NCBI GenBank assembly: GCA_036172245.1
Contig: JAYWIR010000045.1
Span: 372,001-436,000, forward strand
Length of the DNA stretch: 64,000 nucleotides
Direction of reading: 5' to 3'
Source: Raillietiella orientalis
Lineage: Eukaryota
Shown: positions 37,976 to 50,535 of the stretch, one piece after another
Position numbering within the stretch: position 1 is the stretch's first letter
How the letters are laid out: the number at the start of each line of letters is the position of its first letter
Translations under genes and position numbers: made by a program
The notes under the pieces: generated by a model
Told to the model about the DNA's origin: nothing
The model's database searches: none
Seen by the model: the letters and a program-made list of their open reading frames with translations, nothing else

Positions 37976-40900
37976 TTTCTTAAAATTTCTTATTTTTTCC
38001 TTTCTCCGTCCCGAGGATCCGAGGCGAAGGATGGCGAGAAGGGAAAAGCTTTCCCTGAGGGATGTGAGCCTCCGGAACCCACTCTTCCTCCCCCATCTTC
38101 GCTCCGCGGCCTTCGGGTGAGCTCCGCAGCTATCCTTCCTGCCTACCGTCCCTTGGGTCCCGGCTTCCTTTTGCCCCCGGCCCGCCACGAGACCAGCTGG
38201 GGTCTTCCAACGCTTCACACACTCGAAGACCCCTTCTCTCTCCTCCCTTTTTTTCGTACTCCCCCTCTTCTTCCTTCCCCTGACGCGCACCTTCCACCTC
38301 CCGAGAGAGGGGATTTCGTGAGGAATGAAGGGGCGAGCGGATGCCTTGTGGATGAGGCTTCTTCCAGAAGTCGTGCGCTGCTGACGCCCGTCAAGCGGCC
38401 ATCTCCTATCCACTGCCTCCTTCTTACCCCCAGTGCCTTTCCCTCTTCCGTCTTGCATGGCTCCAGAGAGCACTGGAGGATGGGAATAGCGATTCCTCGT
38501 CCGCCCTTGCGTGGGTGGATGGGACTAAACCCGCTTCTCCCTCCTCTTCGTCCTCTTTCTCACCCGGTGGAAGAGGAGGGGAGTGGCGCCGGCGAACCCC
38601 TCCATCAAGGGCGAGCACATGCGCGCACCCCTCGATGAGGTCTCTCCTTCGGGGCGGGAGGGGAGGGGGTGTAGAGGCCGCAGGGGTTCAAAAGGAAGGC
38701 AAGGCCGCCGCACACGCGCGCGCAGCATTTCACCGCCGCCGCCGTCGCCGCCGCATGGCCTGGCTATTTAAGTGGCGCGTCGCTGGGCTGGCGACAACGA
38801 CGACGACGCTTTCCACCACAAGCTGGGTGCTCCTGAGGGTTGCCTGGGAGACGCGCTGGAGACGACCCGAAAGACGGCAGCGGCAGCGGCGGCAGGTGAG
38901 GAGGCATGCCAGGGGTCCCGGTGGGCGCAGAGGGGGAGGGTCTTCGTCGCTATTTCCATCCCCTGTAGCCTGATCCAGAGAGGGAGAGTACGGAAAGGAG
39001 CAGGGAGAATGGTAAGGCTGCTCTTTCCTTCCCCCCCCCCTTTCATTCCCCACGTGTGCTCGCGCCCGCTGCTCCTTCCAGGACTCCTCCTCCTCCCTCT
39101 TGGCCCACAGGAGGCAGTGCAAGGAGATGATGTCGTTGCGTTCGAAAAGGAGAGGAGAGGGATAGGAAGGGAAGGGAAGGACCCCCCTCTGATCGCTCGT
39201 CGAGGCCTCACCCCATGTAAGGGCAGGGAAAACGCTCCAGGAGAGAAGAACGGGGGAGGGGAGGTCATCCTGGAGCCCATCGAATGGAACGGGGGCTCCC
39301 ACTCCGGAGGGCTGACAGGAGAAGGAGGGGTCGGGCCCCTAGGATCCATGGAGCCCTCTCTCTCCCCTCCCCCCCCCCTCTTTTTTCTCCTTCCCTTCCG
39401 CATCAGGAAGCGAGGAGGAGGAGGGAAAGCCGATGAGGGGCTCCTCCTCCCGCGCGATGGACCACTTTCATCTTCACTTCTTTCTTTCTCCCTTTCACCG
39501 CTCAACCGACGGACGGGCGCGCCAGTTTCTGCCGGACGTGCCCAGCGCTCGATCGCCCCGTCCACGACCGGACTCGCAGCATCTTGAAACCGCAGCATTC
39601 GCACCCCTGTGAGTACCGGAGTCTCGGCACGCGCGCGCGCGCGCGCAGCAGCAGCGGCGGTCGTCCTCTCCGATGACCCCCCCTCCTCCCCGAGAGTTTT
39701 CCGGGGGACGAGAGCTTTCCCGATGGAGGAAGGGAGCAAGAAGGAGGGAGGAAAGCAGGCCTCTCCCGGAGCGCTCGGCTCCGGGAGAGGCGGAGCAAAC
39801 AGCATCCGCAGAGCCCCCTCCAGTTCCTCCTCCCGACCTTCCTCCCCCGCCGACTCCTTCTCTCGCCGTGCGGCGAAACGGCCCGTCTCACGGATGACCC
39901 CCCGAAAGTCTTTCCCGGTTAGGAGAGAAAAAGGGAGCAGCGAGAGGGAAGGTCTGCGTCCTTTCTCCCTCCTCCTCCCGCTGACGCTGACGAGCGCGCA
40001 GGAGGAGGGAGTCAGGGATGAAATGCAGGGAAGGCGGGATCCGCGGATCCAGGGACGTCCTCCCGAACGCAGCGCCCGGAGGACGACAACGCCAGAATCC
40101 GCCGCATCATCGCCTCCTTTTTGACCACCCCTTCCGGGAGGGGGAGGAAACGAGAGATCCCCTCTTCCTGCTCCCGAGAAGCGAAAACGAGAGAGGGAGA
40201 GAGGGGACACCGGTCGCTTCTCCACTTTCACAGACGGTCACGTTGCGTCACGTCGCCGTCAGAGTGACCCCCTCCCTCCCCCCCAAGGTCGTCCCTCCTC
40301 TTAGCCGGCCGGACCGCTCGCTCCTCCTTGCGTTTCGTTTCGGCAAGGCACTCCCTGAGGCGGCGGAGAGAGCGCGCGCGCGCGCCGCCAGCCGGCCGGT
40401 CGCCTCCAGAGTGGTGGTGACATCCCGGCGGAGGAAGGGGCGAGGAGAAGGCGGGAAGTGCGGACGCGGGCAGAGAGGCAGACGCCGTGGTCGAAGAGGG
40501 CGCATCCGGCCCTCTCCGCTGCGCGAAGATCCGGGCCACCCCAGGAAGGAGCCACTTTCCTCTTCCAGCGGCGCACGCCCGTCTCCGGTCCTCTCCATGG
40601 AGCATCCAGGCGCTTCCCTTCCTCTCTTCGGTAGAAGCGGGGAGAAAGCGGAGGCAGAGTGCAATTCTTTCGCGCGCGCCGGCGCGTGGCTGCCGCGGTG
40701 GTGCCACGCCAAACTCAGCAAGGCGAGAGTTTCCTCCCCCCCCCCTGCTGCCCTCTCTCCCTCGGCTCTTGGGTAAAACCCGACGCAGACGGTTTCGACG
40801 AACTCCTCAGGTTCGGGACCCGCAGGCCACTTGAAAGGGACGACCGCCTGGACCTGGGCTGGGATCACCGCCTCGAGTGCTGACCTCCTCCTCCCTTCTG

Positions 40901-41169
40901 TTCTCGTCCTCTTCCCCTCCTTTCCCTCCCCACCCTCCACTCCTACGGGAAGCAGAGGAAGCGAGTGTGCACCCAGACTTTCCGGATTCGACGCCAGATG
41001 ACGCTGGGCGCTCGCCGCTTCCTCCGACGCGAAGTCCAGCGCGCGCTCGCGCCACCCACGCCCGCGACGTCCGCAAAACGCGCTCCAGTACGCCTGCGAT
41101 CGCGCCCTCTGCCTTTCCGTTTGCGACGTCTCCGACCCGGAGGCTGCGCTGCTCGGAGACTCCTTGAAC

Positions 41170-41470
41170 GGTGCAGTCAAGCGAGAAGGTGCTCGTCGTG
41201 CTGCAGGTGTTCGGATGTGTCGTATCCCATGACCTCGGAGATCGACTTCTCCCGGGGAACGCACTCCCGAGTCCCTCACCCCTCTCTTCCTCTCTGCCTC
41301 GGGGATCGGGTGGGGCAGAGCCCTTCTTGACAAAAAAAGTGTGCGCTCAGGTCGCGCGCGCATTCAGCTCGACGAAAGCGAAAATCCTCTCTGCCCGTAT
41401 TCCGTAGCCTTCGGGCTAATCAGATCTCTGTGCAGGATCGTACGAGGTTGTAGCGGGATCTCTGGGGAGC
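41170..41470 (+). mobile_element. Family B-like ORF1 (RRM-like) fragment B4
   Basis: SSEKVLVVLQVFGCVVSH...SGRARIQL...PYSVAFG resembles the Tx1 ORF1 pattern L..fG.V....G.R.v.m.l...P..l and B1 LHPCGTV. Confidence 0.4.
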
Positions 41471-44400
41471 AAGAGCCCGCGGCGGGGGAGGGAGGGAGAG
41501 CAGAGGTTCCGAGACCTCCTCCCTTGAAGGGGAGGGATCTTGCACACGCATTGCCCGTTTCCCATAGGGATTCTGGCTTTGCCTTAACCCCACTGCTCGC
41601 GGCTCTTTGTGCACTGCATCCGATATGCAACGACGTGAGACGCCCAGCAAACAGCCCGCTCGCTGTTGCGATGACCGAGTACGTACCAGAGGTGCGGGGG
41701 AAGGGGAAGAAAAAGAAAACTTACATCTCTCCCCAGCCAGCATCACGGGTCTCTAAACAGTCCATCGTCCTACGAGGTTTCTTCCTTCGCGTTCCTTTGA
41801 AGTCGCTTCCACTTGAATCGGGATACTACTTGGTCCCCTTCCGACGGCTCTCTCTATTTGCACGTCTCCTTTACCGCTGATGTCATCCGCTTCCTATCAA
41901 AAGATGCCCGTATCCACGTTGTTGTTGTTTTTCCGGAAGATCATTTGAGATAACAAAAGTCTTTTCGCCTTGATCGTGAGATAGGGGAGGTTTCGAGTGC
42001 TCAGCCAAGGTGACGGCGTTTTTAGTACAAGCTAAGAAGTCGCTGGTCTTCGAACGCCGCTGTTTTCTTGTACTCGCTGGCGTGTCACGCCTTCTGACTT
42101 GTCAGTGGCGTTTGGGAACAAACGAACGAACAAGAAAAAAAGCCGACGATCGACGATCGGTAACACATGCGTTTCGAAGCCGAGCCGCATGACTAAGAAG
42201 TGCCGGAATATGGCGCGGACGGGGAACGCTTGACACATTCTTGCGAGCGTTTACGGATTGGTGTTGAGCTTCCCATTTATTCCATGTGTCATTTCTACAG
42301 CATTGGTGCACATCACGCGTTAGGCACGTCTTTGCTTCTAGGGAAAATGATCGGGGGAGAAAAAAAAAAAAAAAAAAAAAAAGCAACAGTGAGACCTATC
42401 CCCGAACGGAACGGATTACCCAGGGTCAAGCACCACTCCCAGAGACATTGAGTTCAGAAAAGCTGGTGAATTCTCACGAACAGCGTTGCCGGCTTTTCAG
42501 TTCCCCTGGAATCATAAAGACTGCCCGCATTCCAGCGCGCTAAGGAAGTCAAGCTTCGAACCTCACCACGTTGGAGAGCTTCAGCCGCCAGGAACGTGTG
42601 CTCTGCATCTGATGCGCTCTCGTCTCAGACCAGCGGATGTCATGGAAACTCCGTATGCCGAAAGGGCTGCCGCGCCGAAATCCTCCAGATGACGTGACAA
42701 CGTGGATGATTCGAGAGAAAATGAGCCATCCCTAATGGCTTCCTCAAGCCGTTCTTGTAGCAGGAGTGACGCGCGACCCAGAAGAATGTCTCTCCAAGAG
42801 TCGGGAGCCTTTGGCCTCGTTTGCTGTATGCCTCTTGTTCCTTCTGTCGAGCGTAAGCACTGCAGCAGCGTTTGCGTGCAACAGTTCTTGCACTCACGGA
42901 TGCGCGAATGCACCAAACGCACGGAAGAATTTCGTCATCAGGAAGAAGAACATTGGCGACACTCCCCCCTCCGCCTTCCTTTCCCCCTCCCCTTTTTTTT
43001 TCGACCCATCTTTTCTCCGAGCAAAGAATTCAGAAGGCGCCATCATCCTACCTTGGTCCCAGGGTGCTCGTTTCGCGAGATACCCTTGGAAACGGGTTTG
43101 CAAACCTTCCCTTCAAGTTGGACTGTTCCGAGTGCTGGACGGCCTTGGCCCTGTAAACTCTTCATGCCTCGTTCCCTTGCGGTGACGTTTTCCCCAAACC
43201 ACGACTACAGTGGGGCCAATGCTGGACCGAAAGCCGCTTCATCGTTTTCATTCGAAGGCGATGCGCAGGACCGATCACGTGACAATGAGCTTTCGCTGGA
43301 GACCATCCTCCAAAAGAGAAAGCGCCTTTATCCTTCCACCTTCTACAAGACGTCTTCGTGTTTGGCACCGTCCAAAATCGCTTCCCCATGCCAGACGGCA
43401 TTCGAAGATGCAGGCGTGATGCTTTTCGAGAGAAATCCTTCTTCCCCCACCCCATCTCTCTTTCCTCCCATCCAATCGAAACTCGAGTTCCAGACAGCGG
43501 GCGACCTGCCAAGAGCCAAAGCAGGGGACGAAAGCTGCTGCCTCCTCTGTCACTTGTCGAGCGCACGGCCTCCAGTGATGCAGGAAACGGAGCGCATCCC
43601 AGCTCAACTCGATGAGGTCACGAGAGCAAGCAAATAGGACGGCTTTGTCCGAACGACGCCACATCTGAAGCACTTCCCCCCATTACATCCCGCCCCACCC
43701 CACCTCTGCTTCCTGAAGATCTAAAGGGGGGTGAGCAAGAAGAGTGATGCGCGACTCCTCCCTCCTTGCTTCTGGCGTATGGCAAACTGCGGTGTCCGGA
43801 ACGAACTTCCGGAACGAAGTGACGACGAGTTCCGCCACGCCTTTGCTAACGGAGGCTGCCAACTTCCCTCCGTTCCTGCTGCCGTGAGAACAAAGGAAAG
43901 AATGCACGAAAGGAACGTTTTGCTTCCTGCCTATGGGAACTCTTTCGGTCACGACCTTTACGACCCCGTGGTTCCGGAGGTATTCCTCGCCCCCTTCCTG
44001 CGCTGCGGATACGGACGGCTATTTCGAGATGATCTCGGACGTGCCCAGAGGGTACGCGGCGACCAACCTCAAGGCACGCAGCTCCGGCTTCGAGAACGGC
44101 CCGCTGCACGGAATCCGCAAGGGAAGCGTTGCTCCTGCCACCCGTTCCTCGGTCGTGAGGCTTGCCAGCTCTTCGGACTCTCTTCCGCAGCCACTCGCGT
44201 GCCCAGGGGTGCGAACAGACCCGGTCCGTGCGAACCGCCCTCGTGGCACATCCAGCGGCGCTGCCGGCAGAGCGTCGGATTCGACTCCATGCTGGAGGCT
44301 CCGACGACTCCCCCTCGGAAGATCGGTTGGTTACCCTTCCTTGGTAAAACAACTTTCTACTGCTGAAAAAGCAAACAAAAAGAGGGGGGGGAGGAGGAGG

Positions 44401-44895
44401 AGATGAAATTGTGACGGAAGAATGCAGAGGGAACCCAACCTGCTAATGGGCGAAGGCGATGTGGGTCGTTGGTATGTTCCGTTGTGAGGGTTATTGCCGT
44501 CCCCACCCTCCTTTTTTCCTGCCCCGCCATACAGAGGCTCTAGAGAGCTCTGGAGAGCAAGCTGGAGAATTTTTCGAATCCCCAACGCGCTCTCCTCTCC
44601 TGTCTTCAGTCCACACTTGCGCTCGCAGGATCGCGGCTCTCTAAGAGGAAGAAACGGCTCCTGCTGCTGCTGCGCTTGGCTACCACACTCTGTCTTTCAG
44701 CGCGTGCTGCGCCCTGAGGTCGTCTCTCTCCTCAGGACCCTGCGGTTGGGCTCCGCCGCGAACGTTCTGTGCTCCCGAATTTCGCCGCTCGGAAGGGCGC
44801 CAATCAGCCGGTGCTCGAGCCGTCGCCGCACCCTCTAGCCGGGCTGACCGAGGGTCGGTCTTGTCCAACTGCCTCTCTCTCCCTCCGGCACCACC

Positions 44896-44998
44896 GAGCG
44901 ACATCCGCGAGCTCTGATGAGCGTGGCGAAAGGGAATCAACGCGCGCGCGCTCTCTCCTGCCTGCCGGCTGCTCTTCCGTAGAGCTTCGCGACCGCTC
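44896..44998 (+). ncRNA. Degenerate type-I hammerhead ribozyme-like fold
   Basis: CTGATGA (44914-20), GC-GTG-GC stem II, GAAA (44928-31), GGAA/TTCC stem III, GTA (44979-81), flanked by a long bulged stem I (gagcg...cgcgagctc / gagcttcgcg...cgctc). Two core defects are present. Confidence 0.3.
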
Positions 44999-46949
44999 CG
45001 AGTCGGGGGGGTGGAGCTGATCGGATGGAACGAAGCCGGCCGCCGTTCCTCGAGGCGGGCCGGTGGCTCCAGATTGTTGTCCTGAAGAAAGAGGGATCCA
45101 CGGCCCCTTTCACACAAGTCGTCGCTCTGCCCGCCGCTTCCGAGCGCGCGGTCCGTGTAGCAGTGGTACGGAGGAGGCCACCGGGGAAACCCGGGCGTTG
45201 AGGTAGGGGAAAATGGTCGCTCGCCATCTGCCCACCCCCTCGGAGGAACCGCCGTTAGGCCGTCACCATCTCTCTCGAGCCACGCCGCGCCGCTCCGCGC
45301 GCCAAACGGAGCGCCTTCTAGAAAGTTCCGCAAACGAGGAACACTCCGGCCGCCGGAGGCCCGCCGGTGGCCGCCTCCGGTACCCCCGCCGAGTGAAAGT
45401 TCACGCGGGAGGAGGTCCGCTGCCTCCTGCTCACTTCTTGGAGATCGCCCCCACTCCTCTACGCAGCAAGCGCAACACCCCTCGGAGACTCCCCTCTCTT
45501 AGTGCATACCCGACTGAGGTGCTCTTTCGTGCGCTCTGCTCCCTTCTTTTGGGCACGCAGGGTTTTCGAGGGCCTCCTCGAATCTTTCTCTCCTCCTCCT
45601 CCCTTTCGCTCCCTCTCACCCTTGCTTGGCTTCGCAGCGCGACTCTGGTGTGCTACGGCTGGCTGACCGCTCTTAGGAAATCGGGGCCTCGCTCCGCCCT
45701 ACGGGTCGCCCTGTGCAGCGGTCACCTTTTCGTCTTTCTCGGACGCGTCGCTACTTTTCATCTTGAAAAGTCGCCTGCGAGTGACGGGCAGAGGGCGAGA
45801 GAGGAGGAGGAGAGGAAAGGGACGGAATTCCGCATCAGAATGCAGGGCGATGGACGGTCCAGGGTTCTGCTGAATGTGTTTGTCCGGAAAGAGAGACCGG
45901 GGAGGTGGGGGGGAGTCCCGAAAGACACCTCCCCCTTCACCCCAGCATCCGTGAACCTCAATCCGCCTCCTGCTTGCGGGGAAGAGACGGGCAGCCGCAA
46001 AGACTATCTCCCGTAGGTCACGGCGCGAGTTTCTCCTCACATGGGTTTCCGCCTCCCCGACTATTTGAACGCGAGAGGAACTTTCCCTTTCCACTCGGGC
46101 TCCTGGGGGAAGGATGGCACGGAATGACGTCTTGCTCCGTGCAGTAACGAGGGCGCGTGCCCGGAATCCGTGACGTGAGATCCGGAGAGGAGAGAGGAGC
46201 CGAGAAGCGGGCGAAAAAAGGGTAGGAAAGCGAGAGCGGCTCCCCTGCTTCTTCAGTATCACCCCCATCCTCTTCCCTTTTCCGAGAGGGCGCTTGCGTT
46301 GCTGCTCCGCTGCGGATTCAATAGCGGTTCCTCGGACTGGGGTACAGCAACAGCAGTGAGCCGCCCCGAACTAAGGGTGACGCCTGTGTCCCCCCCCCCC
46401 TCCCCGTTTTCTTTTCTTTCAAATGCCCTCAGGACTCCTCCTCCAAGGACACAGGATTGGAGCGACTTCCCGCCTCCTCCCCCTCCCTTCTGTACCTTCC
46501 TCCCTCATTTCCTCGCCTTGCTTCTTTTTGGCTCATTACTGAGAACGTCTCAAGGATGATGGAGAGTTCGCTACCTCTTGGGGGGGGGGGGGGAAGGTCA
46601 TTTCGTCACAGCAAGGTTTTCTCCCCTCCATCCCAGTTCGGAGATTCGCCGCTTCTCATGCAGTGAGGTCTAGAGTGAAGCAGAGCGCTGTGGGCACGAG
46701 CGAATTTTTTTGCAGCAGTTGGGTAGGCGGTGGGTGGGTAGAGTAAAGGGTAGCATAGGTTGGGTTTAGGTTGGTACTGGATGATCTGAGGAAAGAGAGG
46801 GGATGTTCCTTCTCTCCTCTCTCATCCCAGACACGCGGATCCATTCCCGTGCGACCTTCGCTTCGCTGCGCAGGAATGTGATCTCCCTCTTTCCGTGGCA
46901 CGAGGAGGAGGGAGACCAGGACGGACGAGGCTCCGTGGATCGGCCGGAT

Positions 46950-47752
46950 GTCCCCTAAAAAACGTGGGTGCCTGCGAGATTTCTGCGCCAACCGGGGTGC
47001 CCTCGTCGAAGGCCACGTGGTCACGGTCTCCTAGTGGCGCCGAGCGTCGCGGGTTCGAATCCCACCTGAGAAAGATCGATGCCAGAGAAATGGAGGTGCG
47101 TCGTGGGTTCGAGTTCCTCCAACAAGATGACACTGGCCCTATTCGGATGCGGCACGGTAGCGGTTCAAACCGGATGTCTCCAATGGATGGCCGGGAACAG
47201 GAGTCGGCCCTCCGGAGGACGGACCCCGGAGGATACCTCCGGGGTCCTTCCAGAAAACGGAATCAAGGAGTCTCTTCGAGGTTCCCTTCCGGTTGCTCAG
47301 TGGAACCATGTTGTCCCTCCTATGGGTAGAACCTTTCATTTCCAACGTTCCATGGAGCTGGTGGATCGATACCTCTCCAGAGTGTGAAAAAGCGCGCTGC
47401 TTCCCTCAGAAAGTGTCCCTTCGGAGTTCTCTTCAGAGGAGGAAACAAGGAGAGGTTCCCTTGCGTGTTCCCTCCGGAGAAGAAGCAAAGGAGCGACCCC
47501 TTCCGAGTGTCCTTGAGGGTTCCCTCCTGGGTTCCCCTCCCAAGTGTAAGAAAACGGGCCCTTCCTCTGGAGCCCTTCCCGGATTTATGGGATGCTCCCC
47601 TCCCGGAGCACCTTCCAACTCCAAGGGTCACAACATGCCACCCTCGGGCAGCGTGGACAGGGTGAAAGAGCTGCTTGAGTCGCCAGGCGCGCGACGGTTC
47701 TCGAGGTACTGAGCGAACAAAAAAAACGAAAACCCGAAAAAAAATAAAAAAG
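46950..47752 (+). mobile_element. SINE-like repeat family A, copy A4 (best-preserved head)
   Basis: gtggcgccgagcgtcgcGGGTTCGAATCCCACC and GTCGTGGGTTCGAGTTCC; body and end blocks shared with A1-A3; A-rich tail at 47715-47750. Confidence 0.65.
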
Positions 47753-50535
47753 CGCGAAGGAAAACCGCGAAGACATCGGCAGCTGCATCCGCGCCTTTCT
47801 GGTTCCTTACTGCTGCCTTGCCGTTTTTTTTGAGGCTGCTCTCGTGAAGCCGGGAGACTGCAGCAGCGCGGGAGTTCTGGCGGAGGATGGATGGGGAGGA
47901 GCGGTTCTGCTTCCGGAGGCGGTGCGCCTTCCCCGCGCGGCAGCAGCGGGAAGGCTCGCCGTCGTGGAAACTTCCCCCCCCCCTTCGCTCTCTCTCTCTC
48001 TCTCTCTCTCTGCCTTCGCCGCCTCCGGAAGAGTGCGGAGATCCGTTCGGCGTGGCCCGAGGAAAAGCTCTGACCGCGCTCACGGAGCGCGCCGCGCCTT
48101 TCACGAATGAACGACCGTCGAAGACTTTTCTTTTCCCTTCGCGCGCTCCCCTAACTTCGCCTCTTGCCGCGCTGGAGCAGCTGCCGAATCCACGGCGCTG
48201 CAGATCCAGTGAATGGCGCTCACTCTCCGACGCGCATCCGCCCAGAACGAACGGAGCAGGGATGAGATCAGCAGCTGAGGGAAAGAATGGGTAGCCGGGA
48301 GCCGATGGCCTCCTCGGTCGGTACGTGAATTGGTCGGCCCCGTGCGACAGGCTTGCGGGATGTTTCCCTTCGGACTGTGAAAGAGGGAGGAAGAGGGAGG
48401 GACGAGGGTCCCTTTAGATACACCCGGAGAGTGAAGTCGGCTCTCGTGCCACGTGAAGCTGTGAGATAAGATGGGAGGCGGGAGGAAACAGCAGCGCCCG
48501 AGAGCGCTGGGAAACAAAGGAAGGAAGGCGACCTCCTTCCTTGGCGCCGGCCCACTGGAGCCCCCGTGGCGCACGTGCAAGGAAGAACGCACGGTCCTCC
48601 CGAACTGTGCCGTCAGCTTCCCGCTTGCCTCCCGCAAGAACAAAGCGGAAAGAGGCGAATCGCCCAGCGAAAATTCCTCTCCGTCACCAGGAATCGAAAC
48701 GCGACCGGACGTCCTGCTTCGCACGTGATGAATCAGTGGTACTCGATGCTGCCTCGGGACGTTGTTTTTGTCTGCGAACTTCCCCAGGGTGCAGCAGCTC
48801 CCGTCGTGGAAACCGCAGCTGCAAATTTCGGGGATTATCGGGAAGCTTGTTTTGTTTTTGTTTTTGTTTCCCTGGATCCGGTGCTATGAGCAGATTTTCA
48901 CCTCTCAGCAGATGCCAGTGGGCCGTCGCTGCCATCATTCTTCGTCAGAATGAGGCAAACGGATGAGAAGTAAAAAAAAAAGGCGATGCGCGCGCGCTTC
49001 GTTCCGACGCCACGAACCACCGGGTTGGACGATGAACCGCGCGGAATACCGGTTTTCCACTCGCTTTTTGCATGGAGGTCTTTGGGAACGCTATCGCTGG
49101 ACCGGTGCTCTGCCCAGAGCTGATGTGCGCACTCCAGTCACACGTCGCGCCTTCGTCTGCCGGCGACACACACGTTTCACTTGGGAAGATCCTCATGTCC
49201 ACGTATGAACACATATGTAGATCTGCCCGTAATGAGCTTATGCCATGAAAGATTCGCGGAGGTGGTGGGCCTCTGAATCAGGCGTTATACCATGTCTTGC
49301 AGTAGGCACCCTTTTCCCAACGGGATCGTTCGAACCCCTCCCCCTCCCTTCCCTCAAATGATTCAGACATTTTTTTTTTTTTTTTTATCAGTGCCGTAAT
49401 CCTAATAGCAAAAATTGATTTTTTGTGTGTGCTGACACTGAATCCAATCTCTTTGCAAATTATAAACGAGCGTGACGATGCTGACAAGCATTTGCGCCAT
49501 CGAAAGCACTACATGTAGAAAAATTCAAATTAGCTATGTTGAGATTTGAAGAATTTTCCTTCCTCTTCATTTCGTAGCTCCCATGCACAAAAGGCAGCAG
49601 CAAACTCTTCGTTCTAGTCGAGCGCAGAGAGAGAGCCATTCTTCGTCCGGTGCGAAAATGGAATGGAGCGTTCTAAAACAAATAAAAGAAGAAGAAGAAG
49701 AAGAAGTGCGTTTCTTATTTGGAGAATAAGTATGTGATTTAAAGATGACACAGTGCTCGCAACTGACTCACGCCCGAAACTTCAGCTCGGATTTTCCCCT
49801 TTCGAAATGAGATGCCAGTGCTTTAAGCTCGAAAACCAATCAATCGAAACACAGTTTGAGATTCCAGCCCACACTTAATTTTTTTGGTCCTTCCATGCGG
49901 TGGCCCACAATCCATACAGCTCGGATTCTTTTTCCCTCGGTCAACACAGCTTCAAGCGTTTGTTTAACATTCGTCTCTTGACATCAAATTGCTCACCATT
50001 AAGTCTTTGTGTTTTTCAGTGCATATTCATTTGCCTGTAGTAGAAGACGTCAGCGAACGATGCCTTCGTTCCTTTCAGTTGTTTGGATCGTATTTGATTT
50101 CGGTCAACAGATTTTCTTTCCTTCTTCATTCGTCATTCCAGGAATTTATCGGACTTTATTCCAGGAGTTCTCAGTTATGCGTGTATGTATATACGCAGCC
50201 CGTCTACAATTCACCAGAAAATGCACTGAAGCGAAAAACCGTGTGCACACAGCTGGCTTCTTGTTCAGTGATGTTGAGATGATGTTGTCTGCGTGATGTC
50301 TGGGTTGGATAAGGGGATATTCTGACTGTGACGCGTGCTCAGAGAGTATTCTTTGAATATTTTTTCATGGATGCAGTGCCTCTGTTCACTATTAAAGGGA
50401 TGCCTGTAGAATGAGAAAGCTGAATTTCCTTACTTTGTCTTTTCACTAGGCAATGTTTTCGCGTGACTGGAAAAATGAAATCTCAGCATAACGTATTCTC
50501 TTTCGTATTTCAGTTGTAAAACAAGATAAAAATTG

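Noticed and set aside
38768..41363. Long ORFs (487, 371, 271, 252 aa)
   Set aside because: Low-complexity Arg/Gly/Pro/Ser translations overlapping on both strands in very GC-rich DNA, with no recognisable domain; stop-codon scarcity explains them.
42928..42942. Minus-strand CTGATGA-C-GAAA hammerhead core (also CTGAGGA-GCC-GAAA at ~8140)
   Set aside because: No stem II or no supporting stems I/III.
42702..44406. 311-, 211- and 157-aa ORFs
   Set aside because: No recognisable motif or consistent splice structure.
46720..46775. TTAGG telomere-like tract
   Set aside because: Only one or two imperfect units.
47030..47120. Functional tRNA gene or LTR primer-binding site (TGGCGCCGAG...)
   Set aside because: No cloverleaf can be built and there is no adjacent TG...CA LTR; treated as a SINE-like head.
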